From positions 1 to 15,184 of the forward strand of contig JAWQFM010000015.1 in NCBI GenBank assembly GCA_033442325.1: a stretch of 15,184 nt of DNA. The letters run 5' to 3'. Positions within the stretch are counted from its first letter, which is position 1. Each line of letters begins with the position of its first letter. The stretch is from Salpingoeca rosetta (taxonomy: Eukaryota; Protista; Choanoflagellata). Positions 1-8,420 of the stretch are shown here, one piece after another. The position numbers were made by a program, and so were the translations under genes. The notes below the pieces were generated by a model. It was given only the letters and a program-made list of their open reading frames with translations, was not told the origin of the DNA and did not search any database.

Positions 1-386
1 TCATCGGTGCTGTATGGGCCGTCACGGATGGCGGTTCGGATGGCGCGGTAGATGGCTGGCAGAGGTGGCTTCTTCATCAGCAGTCAGAGGATACACGTAC
101 ACCTGCCATAGATGCACGCACGCATGAACACGCAATCATAACACACACGCAGATAGAGAGTGTGAGGTCATCATGCTTCGGTTGCACTCCATGCCACGCC
201 GTTGCTGTTGCTGTTGCTGTGTTGGTGGGTCTTCACCTTGAACGATGGGCACGTGCGAAGAGGATCGACGGATATGCCGTGCGCGGTGATCGCTGACATC
301 AGGGCCGCCAATGGCAGTGCGATAGTGCAGCGGCATCTCGGGGCAGTGCGTTCTGGTAACAGTGGTGGTTGTGGTGGAGACGATGG
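1..386 (-). pseudogene. Exostosin (EXT / glycosyltransferase family 47)-like gene fragment with apparent frameshift; continues off the left edge
   Basis: Minus-strand exons 386-237 (...DPLRTCPSFK, donor GTGAAG) and 102-1 (acceptor GGCAG) join as FK|VYVYPLTADEEAT. After a 1-nt shift near 60-66 the read continues LPAIYRAIRTAIRDGPYSTD. This resembles EXT1 'FKVYVYP...SYQNILAAIEGSRFYTSDP' (recalled). The unshifted frame hits TGA. Confidence 0.6.
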
Positions 387-461
387 CTGCGTTTGTTGTG
401 TGGTGAGGCGCGCGGATGAAAGGGGATGGGGGGAGTGTTGGGAGATATCTGCAACAAACCG

Positions 462-463
<2 letters not shown>

Positions 464-503
<40 letters not shown>

Positions 504-563
504 ATACACACACACACATACACACACATACGGGTACACACACGCACACACACAAACACACGC
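464..563. repeat. Imperfect (CA)n/(TG)n microsatellite, probably intronic
   Basis: Directly visible CA run with TA/CG interruptions. Confidence 0.95.
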
Positions 564-986
564 ACTGTGTCAAAGAGTTCATTCTCTTCGGCAGACATGA
601 TGCTGTAGAGACGACGCCGTGAAGAGAGCCGCAGAGAAGGATTGCAAGACGATGGCGAGTGATGAGTGGTTCAGTGTGCACACCTCCACCACCAGCAGCA
701 GCAGCAGCAGCGGCAGCGGCGGCCGCAATGCACACGCAACAACAACACAATTCGGTGGTCGCACCTCATGTCACCATCATCCTTGTGCCGGAGCAGCGCC
801 TCCCCTTCCTCTCTTCAGCTGAAGGCGTACCCTGTGGCCCAAACACACACGAGGAACAGAGATCAGGACAACACATCGTAGCACAAGATCAAACGATTGC
901 AAGCAAAGAACCCACAGCAGACGCATGGCAGAATGACCACGTCGACGACACATATTCACACACGCTTACACATACAGTGTGCGCAT

Positions 987-1105
987 ACTTTTGAAAGCAT
1001 TCGCTCTGTCCCGCCACGAGCAGCATCTTGCCAATGTCACCAACACTTTTGAAAGCATTCGCTCTGTCCCGCCACGAGCAGCATCTTGCCAATGTCACCA
1101 ACACT
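987..1105. repeat. Perfect tandem duplication, 2 x 58 bp
   Basis: ACTTTTGAAAGCATTCGCTCTGTCCCGCCACGAGCAGCATCTTGCCAATGTCACCAAC starts at 987 and again at 1045. Confidence 0.95.
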
Positions 1106-1148
1106 CTGCCCCATCGACGCAACCAAGGGAACGTGCGCAAGAGTGATA

Positions 1149-1269
1149 AGCCGTCATCACACGGTTGCCGAGCGAAACGAGAAACACACACACACACACA
1201 CGTCGCTCAGCCGTCATCACACGGTTGCCGAGCGAAACGAGAAACACACACACACACACACGTCGCTCA
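1149..1269. repeat. Perfect tandem duplication, 2 x 60 bp
   Basis: AGCCGTCATCACACGGTTGCCGAGCGAAACGAGAAACACA...CGTCGCTC starts at 1149 and again at 1209. Confidence 0.95.
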
Positions 1270-1809
1270 CTGTCATGATGAGACGCAAGCATTCCATCAT
1301 CCTCCCCAACACTCGCGCATCACACATGTCCAGCGAGATGATGCCGCGCAAGCGGGCTGTTGTGGGGTGTGTGTGTGTGTGAAAACCACGTGTGCATGGG
1401 GCAGGTGATGAGCACCTACAGCGTGCATGCCATGTAAACTGACTTGATGGCAAACTGGGGGATGAATGACGTGTGACTGTAATCACGAGAGAAGACTGAC
1501 CGATGTCAGCGCAAATGCTGTGATTGCTCGCCCGGTACCGCTGTGGAGGTGCGTCCCACTCAAACGCGGCCTTCTGTGTTGCTGGTGCCTTGGTCTCCGC
1601 CACTCTCACTTGCCGATTCCTGTCTGTTTGTTGTTTGCGTGGGAGGAAGAGAGGATGCATCCGTGAGAATACACGTGCCAACAGCAGCAGCACCAGCACC
1701 AGCAGCAGTGATAGCAGTGACAGCAGTGGTTGTGGTTTGGAAATCGGATCACCACCGTGCACTGATACACACACACAACACACACAGAGCGGAGATGTGA
1801 TTGCACCCA

Positions 1810-2242
1810 CCTCGCAGGTGGCCGTGAGTGACACTGCTTGTCGCTTGCCTTGTGGTGTGCATATGTCAGCGGCAAGTGTTGCTAGTGCACGCTCAAGAGC
1901 GTCGTTAGGTTTCTGCAGGCCACTGCCATATCCAATCACAAGAGAACAGCACATGCTCACGTCAGCCAAGCACAACAACGACGACCTGACGACGACGAAA
2001 CCACCACTTTCAGCAGGCGCGCAGCCCCCTGCACGCATCCTTGTGCCACAAGAAGAAGGAAAGAAGGGAGTCCACACCCACACCCACAACAAGACAGCAA
2101 CAGCAACAACCGACAGCACTGCCATCACAACAGACACCGCGTCCCACGTTCACATACTTGGTTGCCTGACGCATGGAACGAACGAATAGCGCCAAGAAGA
2201 AGAAGAACAAGAAGCAGAAGTCGAGGAAGGAACAGTGGGCAT
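1810..2242 (-). pseudogene. Possible degenerate N-terminus of a type II membrane protein (perhaps the 5' part of the exostosin-like gene)
   Basis: The reading MPTVPSST...RQPSM*TWDAVSVVMAVLSVVAVAVLLWVWVW has a hydrophobic anchor preceded by an in-frame TGA (2150-2152). Candidate donors GTGAGC (~1960) and GTGGGT (~1810). No family motif recognised. Confidence 0.25.
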
Positions 2243-2523
2243 GATGTGTGTTGGCTCACCTGAGGATCGTTGACGTGATGTGACGCCTGCTTCGTGTGTG
2301 TGTGTGTGTGCATGTGTGTGTGTGTGTGTGTCAGAGACCTTTCTTCCACATTGGTCTGGTTGGCTGTTGGCTGGTGACTGGGTAGCGATCACCAACAATC
2401 CCCTCTTCCCCTCTCCCACATCTCTCTTCTCCCCCATGCTGCTGTTGCAGTGACTGCCACATCACCCCCTCCTTCCTTCCTTGCCTTGCCTTGCCTCGCT
2501 GTGTGCACTGCACCAAAGAGAAC

Positions 2524-2553
2524 AAGAAGAAGAAGAAGAAGAAGAAGAAGAAG
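2524..2553. repeat. (GAA)n microsatellite
   Basis: About 10 consecutive AAG/GAA units. Confidence 0.9.
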
Positions 2554-2858
2554 AGTGCAAGCAAGCGAGTTTGGGCTGCCACATCTCCACCCAGTCGTGT
2601 CATCGACTGATTTCAGCTTTTCCCCGTCTTCTTCTGCACAAACACGCGCAACAGACGTTTGTCGTGGCTGGTTGCGCGCAATGCACACACACACACCACA
2701 CACACACACACACGCTGCATTCGCTGCGACGAAAGGAAAGGATGGATGGGAAGGTGCGTCGTGGTGGTTGGCGGTGGTGGTTTGGTCACACTCTCAGCCA
2801 CACCAACAACAGCAGCAGCAGCAGCAGGGAGCAGCAGGGGGATATTGATGATGATGAC

Positions 2859-2864
2859 AATGAC
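2859..2864 (+). repeat. Left target-site duplication AATGAC
   Basis: The identical hexamer lies at 8415-8420, directly outside the opposite TIR. Confidence 0.9.
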
Positions 2865-2880
2865 CTGGCCTCGGACATCC
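2865..2880 (+). repeat. Left terminal inverted repeat CTGGCCTCGGACATCC
   Basis: Exact reverse complement of 8399-8414 (GGATGTCCGAGGCCAG). Confidence 0.95.
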
Positions 2881-2885
2881 TCTGC

Positions 2886-2941
2886 GTCCGCTCTGTCCGC
2901 TCTGAGATCGTCCGCTCTGAGCTGTCCGCTCGAGCGGACAG
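2886..2941. repeat. Left subterminal GTCCGCTCTG repeats plus 20-bp palindrome (putative transposase-binding sites)
   Basis: GTCCGCTCTG at 2886, 2895 and 2910; perfect palindrome CTGTCCGCTCGAGCGGACAG at 2922-2941. Confidence 0.85.
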
Positions 2942-3018
2942 ATAATTGTAAACAGCGCACATAATTATCGTGGCTCGCAGATGATTATCAATGTACCGGC
3001 GACTTTTACTTACAACAC

Positions 3019-3185
3019 TTTGGCGCCATGCAACCAACACAACAGAAACCACACACACCACAACACACACGCACCACAACACAACACACACCTTCTCAGC
3101 GGCTTCTCAGCTTCTCTTTTTCTCGCGCGCGCGCCAAACACCCTCCCGCGCGCGCCAAACAACTTCTCGCGCGCGCCTCCATTGG
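3019..3185 (+). promoter_or_regulatory. Putative transposase promoter with E2F-like TTTGGCGC sites and reverse CCAAT
   Basis: TTTGGCGC at 3019-3026; GCGCCAAA at 3131-3138 and 3152-3159 within three CGCGCGCGCC repeats; ATTGG at 3181-3185; ATG at 3260. Confidence 0.4.
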
Positions 3186-3259
3186 GCTATCTCTCATCCC
3201 ATCGTCTACCAACAGTCTCAACACGCAGGCGTTCATTTTCACGACAGAAATAAGCAACG

Positions 3260-4177
3260 ATGTCGAAGCCAGTGTTTGTTGAGGAGCTGCATACGGATGT
3301 GGCTGATGTCGTCGCATTTCACCCAACGTTCGACGTGAGTGTGATGTCAGGTCACCTTGTCTTGGGTTTGTGGTTTGGCTCAGAGTTTCCGCTCAACCTC
3401 AACCACGCATTCGCATGCATGCGTACAGGTATTCACACAGCATCTGCAAGCTGCTGGCTATTCTTCAGCGGATTGCACGTTTACCTTTGGCGGCCGTGAA
3501 GTTACTCTCAAGGAGAATTCATGGCCCTTTTTTGTGCACCAATACCAAACAGACAGCAAGACAGCTTTGCACGTGTCTCGTGTCACTCGAGTGACTCGGC
3601 GCTTCGCGTCGTCCTCAGCCCAGCCACAAGGTGACCAAGCTGTAGACCCAGACGTGCCCCTCCCCAAGAAGGCAAAGAGACCAGGAGAAACGCACAAGGC
3701 TGTCACCCTTGCGCGCGCAGTGCTGCGATCCCGCGCCCACGGAGTGAAAATCATGGGCGGAGACTACGCGTACGAACTGTCCAAAGCACAGCTTACAATC
3801 GGCACACACGAGTGCGTGTTTGTACAACTTGTTGCTGATGCACTCTTTGAACACGATGCCATGCGAAGGACGTGGTCTTTAGTACGCGACAAGCTGGTGG
3901 TCATTCCAGTGATGCGCATACCAGAGTGGCAAACGCTGGTGGCAGCCAAGCACAAGTTGGGTTTGCCTTCGCTCTGTCTTGTTGCCGGTCATGCGCTTTC
4001 AGCCCGTGCGTTCTTGGCCCAGAAGCTGGGTGCACGAGGGGTTGTATTTTGTAATGAGCGACGCAAGCACCCACAATCTCTCCTCGCTGACGTGGCGGAG
4101 TCTCTCGCACATCGTGATCTTGACTCAGAATGCGATATCCCCGTTGCGGTCGCCATGGCAGATCTATCGGCACAGTT

Positions 4178-4222
<45 letters not shown>

Positions 4223-7200
4223 CTACACATGTGTGCGCGTGTGGGTTTGTGTGGGTGAATGTATTTTGTTTTAATAGCCTGTGGTATTGGTGCTCACAGG
4301 GAGCACCTGCAATTCCCTGGGCACGTACACTTACCACGGCTCACATAGGCTGCCTTGTGTGTTACCCTTGTGTACCTACCATGTGGCAGGTGGCACGACG
4401 GAGCATCACATATGGTGCAACACCTTGAGGTACTGGCTTGCGATGGGATGGCAACTCAACGCTCTCCGGACACACCTGTGGACACGCCTGCAGAGCCGTC
4501 ATCATCCAGCGTGACCACGTTGCATGTGACAGATCCGCATGAGCACGGTGCAACCCTGGACCCGGATGAACACACTGATTCAGGCCAGGCCCTACCTGTT
4601 CTTGCAAAACAACGTGCGGAACGGATTCAGAAGATTGGCGACCTTCAGGTATTTATTGAGATGATACTGCGGGTATTCGAGGAGTCTTGTTTGGTCTGTA
4701 TATTCGAACATAAGTCTCATACGTGGCGTGCTGTCCTTTCTTGCTCCCGCTGGTGTAGGCGTTGGGTTACCGGAAGCCGCGCTTTGTTGTCCGATTTGTG
4801 CATGGCAAGAATCGCACGATGATACACGTTCTGTGCCCTGCATGCCCCCCGGCGAAAAACGAAAAGCAGTTCAGCGACATGAAAAAGGCGCGAGATCATG
4901 CCAGCACTTGCACCAACAAGACAGCGAGATCCGGGCCAGGCACGTCCTTGCAAGACATTCGTGTCTCACTGGCACGTGTTAGAAAAGCACAAGATACGCC
5001 GAGCATTGACACTGCACAGTTGACCAAGTTCATCGATTGCGAACAATGGGCTGAAGCTGGACCACCAACAGCAGATGATATTGAGCAGTATGTTTTGAAA
5101 CATTCGTTGCATTGAAGGTTGTCCATCATATTCTGCTTGAGGTGTCTCTTACTTGATGTTGACCAATGCAACAGTTCGTACTGGCTAATAAACAGAGCAT
5201 GTTTGTGTCAATGAATTCAGGTCATATGGGGGCATGTGTAATGCGCTCGAATTGTCGCTAAGACTTGGCATCGTATCCCACAGTGCACCCCACATGGAAG
5301 CCCTTCGTCTCACAATCAACCAAGTGCTGGGGGAAACAACGACGGGCATCACCAGATATTCTCCACTGTTTCACATAGCCCTTGATATAGCGCTAACGTA
5401 TGGGTGTGGGGCATTAGATGACCTCGCTCGTGCTGACCTATTGCCGTGCAGCTCCCGCACGATGAGAAGGTACTTTCTTCCAGCCCAATGCACCAATGGA
5501 GTGAACAATTCACTGTTACTTAATTTTCTCCGAGTTTCAGCCGCAAGCGGAGCGGTATTCAACAGTCCACAATGCAAGGCCATTGCGTGTGCGATTGCTG
5601 TGGATGGGCTCAGCTTAAGCAAAGACATTTGCTATGATGAAGTGTCGGACATGTTTTATGGTCCGTTACCGCCTGTGTCGCCCGAGGAGATGCGACAAAA
5701 GTTGGGTAACGTTGCTGAACTTTGGGAATGGTTAGACTCTGTCGAATGGGCAGACAATGCACATTTGGCATGCTTGACAACAGTGGACGGTGCAGTGTCC
5801 TGCCCGATTGCAGTCAACTACACATCTCACCTTCGAGGGCCTCAACAGGTATTTAAACTTGGTGCGTGCTTGGTGACACAGTGTGATATGCCTGTTGCAT
5901 CTGCGTTGGTGAATCACGCTACACGTAACACCAGTGCAATTGCATGCATCGCAGGTAGAATTGCTCATGAGCGACACGCTGAAAGGCGTTTGCCAATGTC
6001 AGCGATGCTTAGAAAACGATGTTGCGTGCCATTACGAGGAGGGTCTGGAACAGCTAGCTCAGGATTCAGCTTGTATTGCTTGCAAAGAGGCGGGTGTGCA
6101 ATGTGTCCGCATTCAGGTCGTCGTCACAGTGATGGATTCAGAGTCGAGTCAGCTTACCTGGCAGCAGAGGTTGCCTAAAACTGCCATCTGTTCCATTCCA
6201 GACATTGCACACCTCGCGAAAGCCATGAGGAATTATATCATCAACCACTACATATGGCTGGAAGGCTATCTTATCAACACTCGCCAGCTCATTTGGTTAC
6301 ACACCAACGACCTCTGTACAATTAATCCAGTTTGCTGTATTCCCCGAGATCGCACCAGCCACACTCACCTTGAACAGCTGTTGATGGCAGATATTCCTGA
6401 CGCGGTTACAGCTCACCAGCTCTATCCGGACCCAATTGACTACAAGTCGTCCTCATCTGCCACCCGTTCCCCTTATTCCTTCATCACATCGACGTGCATC
6501 GGGATGAAATACGATCTTGTTGTCGACAATGAAGTAGCTTTCCTCGTGAAGCGCTCCGATCCTTCAGTTCGCACTGAAACATCAGCTCGTGGCGTAAAGA
6601 GCGCATGCTTACTCAGTGGCACATCAAATTGGCTGCTGTTGTGTTCCACGGGAATCCTCAAGATGTCACACACAGGAAAAATCACCACGTTGAAAGTCGA
6701 GAGCACCCTGTCCACGCTAGATCATATCCACTTCCATTCTGCAAGCGAAGGGTTGGCGGTGTCAGGCAAGGCGGTTGGACGCTGTGTTATTGAAGGAGAT
6801 ACCATCCGTGTTACGGATGTTGAGCTCTTCTCAATCACGATTCGAGAAGCTGTCAGGTGTGGAGACATGATTTACTTAGCGACAGACAATGGATTGATGA
6901 AGTGTCAGGACGAGCAGCAGAGCACACCATTTATGGAAAAAGTGTGGCATCTGTCAGTCTCTGGAGATTCGGTTGTGTTTTCTTGTGCGTCAGGAATCTT
7001 CTCCTGTGTCAACGAAACAGTGACACCAGTGCTACAACGCACACTCAACTACCCTGCACCCATATCAGTGCTACGGCATACGGTGCTACTGGGTGAAAGA
7101 AACAAGGTCACAATTGTGTCCAGCACAGTACCGTTGAAACGCTACTTGAGGAAAGTACGCAATCTATACACTGCCGGGGGTTTACTTGATCGCCAGAGAA

Positions 7201-8252
7201 AGAAGGACTGCACGCTGCAGGAAGCAATAGCACACGTCCGTGATGTGCATGAATACACGGTTGACCAATACGAGCAGCAACTACAAATTACCGCAGGCAC
7301 TTCAAGCCCGGAGTCACTGCAAGGGCCAGGTGGTCTGTTTGCACGAACTCTCGTTGCCCGCCAAGAACTGTTGCTTGAAGGACTGACACGACTGAACAAA
7401 ACTCTCTCTGGAATGCTGGTGTATAGTCGAGCAATTCAAGAAGACGTCGTGGAGAGTGCCTTTGCGCAGATTCTGAAGCACACATCCGCTGCGCTCACCC
7501 AAAGAGAATTCGGTTACAAGTTCCCAAAAGTGGGACAACTGATGTTACTACGCATACAGCAGGGGCGCAAACGTCTGTTTACATTCAACCATCAGCAACG
7601 AATGTATGCAGGAGTGCAGCTTGGTACACAAACTGGTGTGCCAATCGATGCGACCTTAGAGACACCCATTAAACCGGCACTCCCAGACAGAACAGCGTCA
7701 AAGGAGCTCTATGCACGGGTCAGAGAAGTCATTGGCGACAAAACAGTTGTGTCGCGGATCCGAGGACTCAAGAAGCAGCGACCTGGCACAAAACCAGCCC
7801 TGAGGTACCTTCTCCACAGGAATGCTCTTACAAGCAACCTTGATGGTGTTGCCCTCAGCGTGATGAACGATATCGTTTTTTGTGCTCATTCATTCATGGC
7901 TATTCGTGGCCCCAATCACAAAGTATGGTTTGCACAGTTGACAGTCAATGTGTCACAACACCAACTGGATCGAGGAGCTGACCTTGCTCTGACTTGGCTT
8001 GAATGCGAGAATGACAAGTGGGTGTTTGGCAACCCGGATCTAATCTCAACAAAGTCTTTGATTTGTGACGTTTCGGAGCATATCACTCAAGACCCCTTGC
8101 ATGTGAGCGTGCAAGCGATCGCTGAAGCCAAGCAAAGCATGGCAAGCCTCATTCCACCAAGACAGAACTCAAGTGGAATTTCAGAGCGCGTCTACAGGAC
8201 TACAAAGGACGACAGACGACGACGACAAGGACAACGACAGCACCCTAGTTAA
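3260..8252 (+). CDS. P-element/THAP9-like DDE transposase, multi-domain, about 1,446 aa; exons 3260-3334, 3429-4180, 4390-4648, 4759-5087, 5221-5848, 5955-8252
   Basis: Five GT-AG introns with matching phases (0,2,0,2,0) join the ORF-track pieces into one 4,341-nt open frame. Motifs in P-transposase order: LPCSSRTMRRY; CAIAVDGLSLSKDICYD (D at 5603; cf. CVLAFDEMKVAAAFEYD); VVVTVMDSE (D at 6135; cf. VVAIVSD); PDIAHLAKAMRNY (DxxH at 6201-6212; cf. SDTPHLIKLVRNH); SRAIQEDVVESAFAQI (E at 7452; cf. SRLSQDIVEHFF). Intron 4181-4389 is the least certain junction. Confidence 0.85.
4181..4220. repeat. (GT)20 microsatellite at the 5' end of transposase intron 2
   Basis: The GT run starts exactly at the predicted phase-2 donor. 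Confidence 0.9.
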
Positions 8253-8342
8253 CACTTCAACGACCACTGTTCCTGAAGTTCCCTGTTCCTTTACCCCTTG
8301 TTCCTCATTCTGAAGGCAAAATGCATGATTTTCGCATTTCCG

Positions 8343-8384
8343 TGTCCGCTGTCCGCTCTGTGAATCTGTCCGCTGCAGCGGACA
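8343..8384. repeat. Right subterminal GTCCGCT repeats plus 18-bp palindrome
   Basis: GTCCGCT at 8344 and 8351; perfect palindrome TGTCCGCTGCAGCGGACA at 8367-8384. Confidence 0.85.
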
Positions 8385-8398
8385 AAATGCAATAGAGC

Positions 8399-8414
8399 GG
8401 ATGTCCGAGGCCAG
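8399..8414 (-). repeat. Right terminal inverted repeat
   Basis: GGATGTCCGAGGCCAG is the reverse complement of the left TIR. Confidence 0.95.
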
Positions 8415-8420
8415 AATGAC
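8415..8420 (+). repeat. Right target-site duplication AATGAC
   Basis: Identical to 2859-2864. Confidence 0.9.

Larger units (their letters stand above)
2865..8414 (+). mobile_element. Full-length 5,550-bp TIR DNA transposon, P-element-related transposase, 6-bp TSD
   Basis: Perfect 16-bp inverted termini (2865-2880, 8399-8414), flanking AATGAC direct repeat, shared subterminal motifs and an internal spliced DDE transposase gene. The interior is largely free of the low-complexity sequence that dominates the flanks. Confidence 0.93.

Noticed and set aside
136-2960. Many ORFs rich in CVCV/HTHT/poly-Q/poly-L
   Set aside because: They are translations of microsatellites and low-complexity introns, not credible proteins.
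4300-4324. Possible micro-exon inside transposase intron 2
   Set aside because: Its donor phase (0) is incompatible with the phase-2 acceptor at 4389.
5849-6178. Overlap of ORFs 5234-6178 and 5934-8252 as a programmed frameshift or two genes
   Set aside because: A phase-0 GT-AG intron (5849-5954) joins them cleanly and restores the P-like motif order.
2865-8414. Polinton/Maverick or LTR element (6-bp TSD)
   Set aside because: Too short, with no polB, integrase, capsid or RT motifs, no AG...CT long TIRs and no LTRs.
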